From the NCBI GenBank assembly GCA_964016885.1, contig OZ024742.1, positions 303,614,001 through 303,678,000 of the forward strand: DNA of 64,000 nucleotides, given 5' to 3'. Below, one piece after another: positions 40,912 to 53,320 of this stretch. A program made the position numbers and the translations under genes. Below the pieces are notes generated by a model. The model made no database searches and was not told the DNA's origin. It worked only from the letters and a program-made list of their open reading frames with translations. This stretch comes from Eledone cirrhosa (taxonomy: Eukaryota). Position 1 is the stretch's first letter, and each line of letters opens with the position of its first letter.

Positions 40912-41510
40912 TAATATTGGAAATGCGTAGCGAAGCGATGATATGGATTTCATGCACTGCGACATTTTCATAGTCTGGAAATGTCGCAGTGCATGAAATC
41001 CATATCATCGCTTCGCTACGCATTTCCAATATTTTTAATGCTTACATTATTTTTAATGCTTATATTATTTCTCCACGCACAGGCTATAACAATCATATAA
41101 AGAATTCATTTCCAGATCAACCCCCTTAACACTCTGGATCACCTGTTTAAGTGCTTCTATTGCACGTAACTCTCTGCCACACTACATAAACAAGACGCAC
41201 GTGCTTGCCACACGTATAACTATTGCACTCTATAACCGCTTAATTTCATGTATTTTAACCTGTATTTTTGATTGTATCTTATAATATGAATGTAATCTCT
41301 AAATGTGTAATGCCACACTAAATGCTGTAATGAATGTTGACCCACAATATTTGCATATGTATCTGTATGTCTCTTGGGTGAAATGGAGGTCATATAAGTG
41401 TTCATTCAATAATAAATTGCTCCGAAGAATACAAACCTCGGTTTGGAGGAAACAGTTGTAAGCATAAAAATGTTTTGAACAGTTCTTTGATTCTTATAAT
41501 TCATATAATT
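40912..41510 (+). mobile_element. 3'UTR fragment of the 33210-36371 Naiad family with a 5' fold-back inversion
   Basis: 40976-41510 is homologous to the reverse complement of about 33370-33940; palindrome at 40913-41033; HHR at 41418-41464; (TA)n flanks. Confidence 0.8.
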
Positions 41511-41512
41511 CA

Positions 41513-42465
<953 letters not shown>

Positions 42466-42599
42466 GGTGTTTCTTCGGTATATATATATATGTATATATA
42501 TCTATTTTCTTTTTTTTTTTAACGATCGACCTTCGTCATATCAAACCGAGGGAAGAATGTTTCCATAGGTCTTTCCTATTGTAAATACTATTTATCGGT

Positions 42600-42721
42600 C
42601 GCAACTCCATGTAGAAGGAGCAGCGTGAAATAAAATGTATTTCTCAATGCATCGCCCGGTTTGGGAATCTAACTCACAAACTCACGATTGCGAAACTCTA
42701 ACCACTCAGCCACGCGCCTTC

Positions 42722-42723
<2 letters not shown>
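42600..42723 (-). mobile_element. tRNA-derived SINE head (second SINE family)
   Basis: GTGAAGGCGCGTGGCTGAGTGGTTAGAG A-box and degenerate B-box GAGTTAGATTCCC; begins next to (TA)n. Confidence 0.65.
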
Positions 42724-42782
<59 letters not shown>

Positions 42783-42792
42783 TTATATATAT

Positions 42793-42865
42793 AAACCCGG
42801 TCATTGAAATGTTCATAGTATAATAAACCTTTCAAGGATTTACACCAGTCCAGCCTCCTGTTATT

Positions 42866-42869
<4 letters not shown>
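42793..42869 (+). mobile_element. Solo 3' fragment of the 31050/32960 terminal repeat
   Basis: AACCCGGTCATTGAAATGTTCATAGTATAATAAACCTTTCAAGGATTTACACCAGTCCAGCCTCCTGTTATTTT between (TA)n tracts. Confidence 0.85.
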
Positions 42870-42936
<67 letters not shown>

Positions 42937-42939
<3 letters not shown>

Positions 42940-43135
42940 GGGGTTGTTAGTTCGATTCCCTGGTGGGTTGATGTGTTGTCTCCTTGAGCACGTCAATTTA
43001 GTTCACGTTGTTTCAGTTTAATCAGCTGTAGAAATGGGTTGCAACATCACTGGTTTCAAGTTGTATCACCTTAGACCTCCTCTTGGACAACATCGGCAGT
43101 GATCTGTGGTTTTCCACAAACAACCTTGCCCGAGA
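42937..43135 (+). mobile_element. Degraded tRNA-derived SINE
   Basis: B-box GTTCGATTCCC, then TCTCCTTGAGCA..TTCACGTTG, similar to the 42600 family. Confidence 0.5.
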
Positions 43136-43633
43136 ACCTTCGAGGTTAAGTGTTGATAACATTTTTGATACGATTTTTAATTAGGAAATACTTTTTCGTC
43201 TAGGATGCTTGTGGGTGGAACATAAATTATGTAAAACGATTATATTTGTTCTGTACCTTGCATTAGTGTATTAGCGTATTTTCTTATGGCTTTCAACTGA
43301 TCCTTAAATTTAAGTAATTTGTAGTTTTTGTTCTAGTAATATTTGTTGCATGGGAGTTATATACTTATGGGAGGCCCTTCAATATGTGGGGCTTGTAGTT
43401 GAAGGATATATATATATATGTATGGATTGATTTTATCTGATTTTGTATCAAGGGTGTTGCTAGATTTGTTATGCTTCGGGGTTCTGTACGGTATATTTTT
43501 GTTCGTGCATTCAAAGATCAATATATATATACACATAGGGCTTTGTGCTTCAGTCAACGTGCCATCATCCATAATCAAAGATGTCGAGTTGTGTCTATAT
43601 TTGAAAACTTACATATAAATATATGTATAAAGT

Positions 43634-43708
<75 letters not shown>
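43634..43708. repeat. (GATA)n at the 3' end of Tx1 element 3
   Basis: Direct read. Confidence 0.97.
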
Positions 43709-43920
43709 TTCTTTATTTACCATAAAGGCATAAAAAGAAGGGACAAATACAAAGGGGGAGTTTACATATAATCGAGTAAAAAGGGTGTAACATGAAAATA
43801 ATCGAAAATAACCAAAAGGGAGGGGACGTGATGGGGGTTGCACACACCCCCGAAAAAGTGTGCAATCCTTTGCCCGGGGAGCACATGGAGAAGGTGCTCC
43901 TCTCTCCTTTACTTCTTTAC

Positions 43921-46900
43921 CTACAGGATGGTATACAGAGAAGGCCCATTTACACGAGCCATTCTCGCCACTATCACCCACCTTTCATAAAACTGCCTGT
44001 GGCCAAGCACCTCTCTCTCCATTCTTATCCTTCTTCCGAAGTGATATCGGAAGAAGTAGACCAGACTATGGCCAGAGAGGAAGTTGCCTGACCTCAGACC
44101 TTTCAATCGTGTCCACCAAACAACCTCTTTCAACATGGCTATTACGCACAGAAAAACCGCCTTTGCTTCCTTTGTGAAGAGGGGAGGCGGTTTGATTGTC
44201 ATCACGGACTCGGCGGTCAATTTAATCGGCGCCACCCGCGACAGCAGTCGTTCGGCGTAGCCCCACAGATCAGCCACGCCCGGACATTGCACCAATGCGT
44301 GCGCAACGGTTTCTTCGTGACGCACGCATCTAGGGCAAATCTTTTTTGAGGGATCCCTGCCCGGGCGCCCGTGTCTGTAGAGCCTCTCTCGAACGGGTAG
44401 AGCCCCCCGGTAGCACTGCCAGGCCAGTGACTTCTGGAAGTTGTCCATTGGTCCTGGGCCGAAAGTCCTACCGAACAGGCTGGCCAGTTCGTCTTCTTCC
44501 ATGTCCAGCGACTCTCCAAGGGTGTCATCGCCCCTGCTAGCCGCCAGCCCTCTATAGAATGATGAGGTGGATTCTCCACCGATGGCCTGGCCCGCTTGCC
44601 AGAGAGCCCTGAGCGCCTGAGCACACTCAGTGTGCCAGTCTCCCAGTTTTCCGGATCTTTGCTTGACCCAGGAATGTAGCTCGGTGAGCGAGACGAGTCT
44701 CGGAAAGGCTCGTTTCACGAACGGAGCCCACACCGGTTGACCAGTGAGGAATACCTGTAGGTGCCGTAGCCTTAATGCGTGCCTACGCATCATCAACCAC
44801 GGCATCCCCAGCCCTCCTTTCGAAGGTTGTTGGCAGCAGATGGATCTTCTCACCATAGGAGGACGCTTCTTCCAAAGAAATTGGAAGAGCATGCGTTCCA
44901 TGGTGGTGAGTGTTTCCTTAGGGCAAGGCACGACAGTCAGGCGGTAGTAAGTGACGGACGCTATGTAAATGTTCGCCACCTCCGCCCGGCCTTTTAGGGA
45001 CAGCTTACACTTGGCCCATTTCTGGGTTAGTGCAAACACCTTGTTCGTAACCTCGTTCCAGTTCTTTTCCACCTGGAGGTCCGGTCCAAACCAGACCCCA
45101 AGCAACTTTACCGGGCCCTCCGTCCAGTGTCCGACGACACCGTCAGGAGGCATCGGTCTGCCTCTCCACGTTCCGAGTTACAGCCCGATGGATTTTTCCC
45201 GGTTCAGTTTCGCTCCTGACAACCTTTCGTACTCCTCCAGTAAGGTACCGATCGCCTCGATCTCCGAGTCGGTTGATACCATTACTGTTACGTCATCGGC
45301 GTAGGCCGACACCGCTTTGCTCAATCCTGGTTCCAGGGGGATACCCTGCAACAACTCCAACTTCCTCAGTAAAGGCTCGAGAGTCAATACGTACAGAAGG
45401 GAGGAGAGAGGGCACCCCTGTCGAATGGATCGTGTGATTTCGAACGGCTTCGAAAGGTAGCCGTTCACCTTGATCCTAGAACAGATGTGGTTGCTATGTA
45501 GGGCAGTGATCCAGCCTCTGAAAACAGGACCGAACCCAGCCGCCGCTAGCACCGTATCCAGGTAACCATGGTCGACCCTATCGAAGGCCTTAGACTGATC
45601 TAAGTTGATCAGGGCCCCACCGAGGCCGGGTTTGTAGCCAACCCTCTCTATGATGTATCGCATGAGGTGGAGGTTATCGTGAATGGACCTGGATGGGATA
45701 GCACATGTCTGCGCATCTCCCACCAGGCCACCCACGACAAGCGCCAAACTCTTTGCTAACACCTTGGCCAAAATCTTTAACTCTGTGTTTAGCAGGGTTA
45801 TGCGCCGAAAATTATGTATATTATCCCCCTTGTTCTCGTCCTTCCTCACCAGCGTGACTACGCCCTTGGCTACAGAACAAGGAATTCTGCCGTTCTGCTG
45901 CCAATTGCAGTAGACCGCTTCGAGGAGTTCGGAGAAGAAGACCGGCATTGCTAAATAAAGTTCGTAAGGTATACCATCGAGACCTGGAGATTTGCGTCTG
46001 CTGCATTGGTTCAGCGCATCTCCGATCTCATCAGCCGAGATTGGTCCCTCACAGGACTCTGCCTCTTCGTTCGAGAGACGCAGCAGGCCGTCGAGGTATG
46101 GACCGAAATCAACGCCCCCGCCCGGACCCTCGCCTCCCCCGAACAATCGGGCAAAGTGCCTTTGAAAGGCCTCGCACATCTGCTTAGGCTCCCAGATCAC
46201 CCGTCCATCTTCGTCTTGCAACGACCGGATGGTGGATCGATTTCCACTCTTAGCTTCTGTCACGCGGGCCCATCCAACGGCTTTGGCCCCCTCATTACCT
46301 AGAGCACGTATTTTACTTCGAATGACGCAGCCTTCGTGCTTTGCATCGAAAAACTGGTTCAAGGCCGTCCTCGATGCCAGCACTCTGGCCACATCTTCGC
46401 TCTTGATTGCCTCTTCTAATTTACCTGTTAATTCTTTCTCGTTTCTATTCCTATCGGCAGCTAACATCTTGCTATAACTTATTGATTCTGTTCTAATCTC
46501 TCTTTTGAGAGATGCCCACCATCGGTTGTTGACGATTGCACCCGTCAACCTCTACTTAACTAATCTGCTAATCCGGTTTCTGTAAGTCTCTTTTGCCGGT
46601 AAAGACAAATTAAGTTTCCAGTAACCGGGACCCTGTCTATGTGTTTTCTCGAGATTGACCACGCAGGTCACTAATTTGTGATCCGTGTAGCCAACCGTGC
46701 GCATTTCTGGACAGCTTAATATGTCCCTATCCTTACTTCTAACTAAGAATCTATCTAAGTACGATCTAGATTGACCACTGTGGTTTCTCCAAGTCCAGGT
46801 AGGCACAGTTGGAAAATCTAGTCGATATCTATCGACCAAGTTAAAACGGTCGAGTAACCCCTTGAGGCTGTTACACCCCCCTCTATTAGGACATGCTCCT

Positions 46901-47358
46901 GCATAGTCCCAACGTGCATCCAGGATGTCATTCCAATCCCCCGCTAGAAGCAGGGAACGCGACGTTCCCAGAAAAGTCTCCAAACGCTGGAAAAAGTCGG
47001 GCCGTTCAGCTCCGAAAGGGGAGTAGACGGCGACCAGTCTCAAGGCCGCACTTTCACTACTGCCAACGTCTAGCACCAACAAACGACCCTCCGGGTCCGA
47101 GTGCACAACCTGTACGGCAAGACCCAGGTGTTTTTGCAGCAGTACGACAACCCCACCCCCACCTCCAGGTTGACAGAGAGATGCATGCACCTCAAAGTCA
47201 TCGAAGGTGGGGGCCAGCTGGCGCACGACGCTGATTCGAGTCTCACAGATAACCATTACATATATACTACATGACCTGAGGTCATTTAGAAGCTTTGCTT
47301 GCTTCCAAGTTGAGCCCAGGCCACGTGCATTCAAACATCCTACTCTTAACACATCCAT
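43921..47358 (-). pseudogene. Tx1 element 3 ORF2: a single reading frame of 1146 codons with two nonsense codons
   Basis: ORFs 46552-47358, 45178-46548 and 43921-45153 share one frame, broken only by TAG (46552) and TAA (45178); GCLNARG, AGDWN, YTDH, RQGCPLS, AYADD, CPRC..HALVQC. Confidence 0.93.
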
Positions 47359-47391
47359 GTGGGCGGCAGAGCCAAAGGAGAGTGTAGAGAC

Positions 47392-48945
47392 CTACCTTTT
47401 CGCTTCCCGGGGTTCGGGTTGCACGACTTCGGGGGTGTTGGGTGAAGGGGTGTCTTGTGGTGGTGTGGGGTCGTCAGTGTGTGGTGGGGTTGGGGTGTTT
47501 GGAGTTGTGTTGGGGAGGGGAAGGGGAGGGGGAAAGCTTTTTAGTAGGACGCGGTTTATGGGTTTGACAGAGGGTGGTCCTACCTCCTCCTTAAAATGCT
47601 TTTTTAGTTTTTGGTAGAGGTTCATTGGGATCTTTATTAGTTTTAAATGTGGGTAGTTTTCTGACGAAACAAAGTTTACACCTTCGGTTTGTACCGAAGG
47701 ATTATTGAATATGAGCTCATTTAATTTATTATTGTTTCTGTTGATGTAAGTATAGTGTAATGTCTTTTTTTCCGATGGTGTGAGTGTTTCGAAGAGGGGA
47801 GGGGCAGGTTTGGTTTTGTTTGTTGCTGGAGGGGTGTTTTCTGTTTTGTTGGATTGTGTTGAGATTTGGGTGGGGGTTGTTTGTCCTTGTGTGTTTTGCA
47901 CATGTTTTCTTTTTTTCCTTTTAATCTGTCTGAAGGACTCCGTTTCTTCCTCCGAATTCGTTGGGTTATCTTCAGTGTTGGAGGGAAGAGGTATGTTTGC
48001 TGGTAATGTTTCCGTGTTGGTTTTCTTTGTGGGGGAGATGGATGTCACTATGTTAGACTGTGTTGTGTGTTGTGTCTGCGGTGGTTGTGTTGTTTTATTG
48101 AGTGAGAGGTTGGGTGGGCCTGTATTTTGTTTTGGGGTAATGTGTTGTGACTGTTTGTGTTGTGGTGGTGTTGTGGTTTTACTGAGGGACGGGTTGGGTG
48201 GGACTGAGTTTTGTTGTTTGTTTATCTGTTGTGGTGGTGGTGGTGGAGCTGGTGTTGGTAGAAGGGTTTTCTTTTTGTTGAGTTGGGGACAAGCGGCCTT
48301 CAGGTGCCCTCTGCCTGCACAGATATGGCAGGACGGCCTTCTCCCCTCCACGCTAATGTTTATATACCCGTGGTCCTCTAATAGGATTCTGTCGGGTATT
48401 TGAGCGATGCGTTCAGGCTTCATTTGTACTACCAGCTCTATACCTGTTCCACTGAACGCATTGCCTGTGGTTTTCCCAATGGAAATCACGTTGTCATTCA
48501 CTGGATCGATGAAGCCAGCTATGAGCCAGCAGTAGTCCACATCTGGCATCATTGCATCCAGCCATATGCGTTGAGTTCTTTTCCCCATATAAGATGGATA
48601 AAAGGTGAAATTTTTCGAACGAATCGGTGACAAAGCACTTTTTTTTGCCGCCGATTCGTTCTTCATGATAATTGCTAGGCTTCCATACAGTCTGTCTTTT
48701 CTTATGAAAGTGGTTTCATTAAGTACTTCTGTGAGTACTGTTTTGATATCTGCTTGAGAAGGCTGTTCAGGTTTTTTTGTACTGTTGTTGATGGTCCGAA
48801 ACTTGACCGTTCGGCTTTCAATGTCTTTCGTGAATTCTTGAGGCATTTTTACCGATAAAATACCATTCTCTCCTTCACTTATGTATTGTTTGGCGTCCGT
48901 GATCCTTCGTACCACATCTGAAATGTTTTCCGCTATATAAGTCAA
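47392..48945 (-). CDS. Tx1 element 3 ORF1 (gag-like, CCHC knuckle); N-terminus probably in the frameshifted ORF 48942-49271
   Basis: 517-aa open frame with SVEGRRPSCHICAGRGHLKAAC and a P/T/Q-rich C-terminal half; stop 33 nt before ORF2. Confidence 0.85.
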   Translation of the reverse strand: MTYIAENISDVVRRITDAKQYISEGENGILSVKMPQEFTKDIESRTVKFRTINNSTKKPEQPSQADIKTVLTEVLNETTFIRKDRLYGSLAIIMKNESAAKKSALSPIRSKNFTFYPSYMGKRTQRIWLDAMMPDVDYCWLIAGFIDPVNDNVISIGKTTGNAFSGTGIELVVQMKPERIAQIPDRILLEDHGYINISVEGRRPSCHICAGRGHLKAACPQLNKKKTLLPTPAPPPPPQQINKQQNSVPPNPSLSKTTTPPQHKQSQHITPKQNTGPPNLSLNKTTQPPQTQHTTQSNIVTSISPTKKTNTETLPANIPLPSNTEDNPTNSEEETESFRQIKRKKRKHVQNTQGQTTPTQISTQSNKTENTPPATNKTKPAPPLFETLTPSEKKTLHYTYINRNNNKLNELIFNNPSVQTEGVNFVSSENYPHLKLIKIPMNLYQKLKKHFKEEVGPPSVKPINRVLLKSFPPPLPLPNTTPNTPTPPHTDDPTPPQDTPSPNTPEVVQPEPREAKR

Positions 48946-49503
48946 AGATTTCTTTGTTTTCTGTGCAAATGAAATCTTGTCGTCTGCTTTGTTTTCTGAT
49001 ATGGTGTTATTTTTGTGTTTGTTGTGTCTTTGTTTGTGTTATTAGTATTGTCATGCAATTTTTCAAATTTTTTTTTTTCGTTGTTGGAATCCAAGTCCAG
49101 ATTTGTGTTTTCGTCATTTAATTTTTTCTCCGCAGATTCGTCTGTTTTTATTTTAATTTTTCCTTCCTTCTCTATGACGTTAGTTGGGAAGGAAGGGAGG
49201 ACTAAAGCGTGCGAGCTTACAACTCTTACCGCTGTCCCCCCACCACTATTTTCGTTCGCTGCGTTTAACATTTCTGTTAGACGATTGAAATTTTTTACAC
49301 AAAATTTTTTAAAACAGGTTTTTCACCTCTAGGAGGGGTAAAGATGAGCTGACCAACCGCCTGACAGTTCAGACGGAGGGTCAAGCTACACAATTGTATC
49401 AAAATTAAGTTTGAACTCACAAAATTTCCTCAAAAAATTTGAACAAAACTTCTGTGCGAAGTGAATGACATCCACACTGTAGAACAGACGACAGCTAGAT
49501 TGT

Positions 49504-49622
49504 ATAGATAGATAGATAGCTAGATAGATAGATGAATAGATAGATAGATAGATAGATAGATGAATAGATAGATAGATAGATAGATAGATGGATAGATGAA
49601 TAGATAGATAGATAGATAGATG

Positions 49623-49704
<82 letters not shown>
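49504..49704. repeat. (GATA)n at the 5' side of Tx1 element 3
   Basis: Direct read, with some GATG/GAAT variant units. Confidence 0.97.
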
Positions 49705-49858
49705 GAGTGAGTCTGTGGTGCTGTACCGGGGATACCAGAAATCTTGGGAGTACTCACTGCATTGGGAAGAAGTAGAATGTGTATGGAAGCAAAGCTGTTT
49801 CGGCTTGTGTTCAGCAAGCATCTCCAAGAGTGAACTTGCTGAACACTAGCCGCAACCA

Positions 49859-49939
<81 letters not shown>

Positions 49940-49940
49940 A

Positions 49941-50062
49941 CGCTAAGGTGAAACAATTGTTCTCGTTATGGTGAACTAACTGTTGTGTTACTACTTCTAC
50001 CAAACTCGTCCCTTGGACTGAGTGCTCTACCACTACGGATATTACCTTCCAGTGTTCTACCT
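49941..50062 (+). mobile_element. Mini-PLE family A 3' fragment, truncated within the hammerhead
   Basis: CGCTAAGGTGAAACAATTGTTCTCG..AACTAACTGTTGTGT..GTCCCTTGGACTGAGTGCTCTAC between (TA)n tracts. Confidence 0.82.
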
Positions 50063-50080
50063 CTCTCTGTCTCTCTCTCG

Positions 50081-50315
<235 letters not shown>

Positions 50316-50719
50316 TAGCAAATGCGAAGAAGCATATCATTTTTAAAATGATATATGTAGAAAGGCGCTGGAACAGGGAGGAGTGGCATGCTCCCCTCTA
50401 ATAATTATAATTTTCCCCAAACTACCAAAACATTACATCTACTTGGATATGTGCTACAATTTGACCATTTTAGAGTGCAAAGAGCTAAACTAATCACTAC
50501 AACTAAATTGTCCAAATTTGCCCCCACCCTTATTCAAAAATGTTTACACCGCGCCTGGTGAGTGTATATATATATATACTCGCACACATATACATGAGCA
50601 GTGCGATACTAGAGACATGTCCATTACAACGATAAAAACAGGGAGCCAATCATCTGTCAAGATATGTAACTTTCGTTATGCAATAAATTATTTACAAGTG
50701 AAACTTCATGGTATTATGA

Positions 50720-50890
50720 GTAGAAGGTCGGACACCATGCTTCCCAGCATAGAGTTACGTCCCTTTGCGGTCTGAGTTCAAATCCTGCCGAGGTTAACTT
50801 TGTCTTTCATCCTTACTGGCTTGATAAAATAAAGTACCAATAATGCACCGGGATAATCGCTGGCCTTGTGCCAAATGTAGAAACAATTAT
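50720..50890 (+). mobile_element. Nin/Deu-domain SINE
   Basis: GAGTTCAAATCC B-box, Nin-like core, AGAAACAATTAT end. Confidence 0.85.
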
Positions 50891-51547
50891 TTATTATATA
50901 TATAAGTATGTGTGTGAGAGAGAGAGTTTGGGCTGGTGTATGTGTGAGTGTGTATGTGTTTGTGTTGTGGTGTATACAATCAACTAGGTTTTATGAAACT
51001 TGCCTATATATCCATTCAGAACGGAGACGGTCAGCTACACAGTATCACATACACACAAGATCTGCAAAGCGAAATGTAGTAGTAGTGTTTATACATCTCT
51101 TTGAATAAGAATCGATATATTTCATTTTAGACTCAGTTGGTTAGGTGTTTAATAAATATGGTGAATACCCATAATTCCTCCGCTATGTATTTTTTTAATG
51201 TGCGCAATCATGAAGAGTTCCTTGGTGCTAGCAGGAACGATTAACACCTAACAAATACCATTTCATTCTGCTCATCAACACTTTAGTTGTATAAAACGAA
51301 AATTACTTCTAGGCATACTAGATTCAGAGACTCCAAAGAAACATTTCTTTTGTATCAAGCATTCAATACATTGAATACGATATTCTTGGAGTTTTCATTT
51401 AACATGTCTAAGAAGAAGACTATTTTCAGTGTGTAAAATTTGCATTTAAATTTTATAAGAAGGCGTGTCTGAGAATGTTCATATGTATCTTTAAATATAT
51501 ATTCATGAAATTAGTTAAATAACTAAATATATCTTATTATATATATA

Positions 51548-52125
51548 GGCGGTGAATTGGCAGTATCGATAGAGGGTAGGACATGCTTTCCAGCATAGTT
51601 ACGTCCCTTTACAATCTGAGTTCAAATGCCTCCGAGGTTAACTTTGCCTTTCATCCATACAGAGGTCGATAAAATAAAATACCAGTAATGTACTGGGTAA
51701 TTGCTGGCCTTGTGCTAAAAGTAGAAACAATTATATATATAGGCAGTATCGGTAGAGGGTCGGACGCCATGCTTTGACGCATGGAGTTACGGCCCTTGCT
51801 ATTCTGAGTTCAAATCCCGCCGAGGTTAACTTTGCCTTTCATCCTTACAGGGTGATTTAAAATAAAGTACCAGTAATGCACTGGATAATTGCTGGCCTTG
51901 TGCCAATAGTAGAAACAATTATATATATATATATAGGCGGTGGATTGGCAGTATCGGTAGAGGATCGGACGCCATGCTTTGCAACAAAGAGTTACGGCTC
52001 TTTATGATCTGAGTTTAAATCCCGCCCAGGTTAACTTTGCCTTTCATGATTACGGGGTCGATAAAATAAAGTACCAGTAATACACTGGAATAATTGCTGG
52101 TCTTGTGTCAAAAGTAGAAACAATT
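51548..52125 (+). mobile_element. Head-to-tail array of three Nin/Deu-domain SINEs (51548-51732, 51742-51920, 51936-52125) separated by (TA)n
   Basis: Each copy has an A-box (T/A)GGCAGTATCG, a B-box, the Nin core and an AGAAACAATT end. Confidence 0.9.
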
Positions 52126-52140
52126 ATAAATATATATATA

Positions 52141-52208
52141 TCTGAGCTGAAGATCCGCATAATGGGAAAGAATTGTTCTCGTCATGGTGAACTAACTGTT
52201 GTGTTACT
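52141..52208 (+). mobile_element. Mini-PLE family A fragment, essentially only the hammerhead
   Basis: GAG-CTGAAGA-TCCGCATAATGG-GAAA-GAATTG-TT-CTC with (TA)n on both sides. Confidence 0.78.
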
Positions 52209-52290
52209 ATATATATATATATATATATATATGGAATAGAATGAAACGAAATTTCATTTCTCACTCTTAATACGGCACTTACTTAAATGT

Positions 52291-52864
52291 AAGTATGTAT
52301 GTATACGTACATACATATATGTATACAGACGTACAGTAGTATGTATATATATACATACATGCACACATATATATGCACGTATCGGTTTACCGAACATTTA
52401 TTATAATGCTGGGTTTGTTTGTTTGTAAACAAACAAACAGGCCGAATTACGCCGTACAGTGTTTAGGCAACCACGTCACCTTTTTGTTCAACACTGAACT
52501 CACTCGATATGCAAATTAGGCTGCTCAGCCTAATTTGCATAAGATAAGTTAATATGCATAAGGAAAGTATATACTTTCAGACGTTCAACCATCTGGCAGG
52601 AAGGTATACGATGCTGACGATAGCTAATAAGCTTGAAACTAGTACATCGTTCCTGTGTCAGTGTTGAACAAAAAGGTGACGTGGTTGCCTAAACACTGTA
52701 CGGCGTAATTCGGGCTGTTTGTTTGTTAACAAACAAACCGAGCATTATAATAAATGTTCGGTAAACCGATACGTGCATATATATATGTGTGCATGTATGT
52801 ATATATATATACATACTACTGTACGTCTGTATACATATATGTATGTACGTATACATACATACTT
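52291..52864. mobile_element. Fold-back element: about 207-bp inverted arms around a spacer containing a hammerhead
   Basis: 52291-52497 mirrors 52658-52864. Confidence 0.85.
52608..52650 (+). ncRNA. Canonical minimal type I hammerhead ribozyme
   Basis: ACGATG-CTGACGA-TAGC TAATAA GCTT-GAAA-CTAG-TA-CATCGT. Confidence 0.85.
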
Positions 52865-52865
52865 A

Positions 52866-52950
<85 letters not shown>

Positions 52951-53012
52951 GTGTGTGTGTGTGTATGTGTGTGTGTATGTGTGTGTTGTGTGTGTGTGTG
53001 TGTTGTGTGTGT

Positions 53013-53120
<108 letters not shown>

Positions 53121-53121
53121 T

Positions 53122-53320
53122 CATGTCGCTCTCGAGTGCTACTGGTAACATGTAACCCAGTACAACCTGTCTCGTGGTCGGGTCGTTGGTAACTAAACCG
53201 GCAACCCGACCAAGCTTGCTTGGTGAGGAGGCTGATATTTGGACACCCTGCGGGATAAAATACAAGACCCGGCAAAGGGTGTAGGAACTCAGCAGAGCCA
53301 AACGCCATCCAAATAGTACT
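53122..53320 (+). mobile_element. Copy of the RTE-like 5' leader seen at 23770
   Basis: GAGTGCTACTGGTAACATGTAACCCAGTAC..GGTCGGGTCG..TTGGTGAGGAGG; follows (TG)n. Confidence 0.75.

Larger units (their letters stand above)
43706..49502 (-). mobile_element. Full-length, near-intact L1/Tx1-clade LINE (element 3) embedded in (GATA)n
   Basis: 5'UTR, ORF1 and ORF2; ends AATAAAGAAATC then (TATC)n; (GATA)n also at 49504-49704. Confidence 0.95.

Noticed and set aside
50362-50557. hAT-type MITE (AGGCGC...GCGCCTG)
   Set aside because: The inverted match is too short and no 8-bp TSD was found.
51548-52125. CRISPR-like array or tRNA gene cluster
   Set aside because: The units are about 185-bp SINEs with no unique spacers and no complete cloverleaf; the context is eukaryotic.
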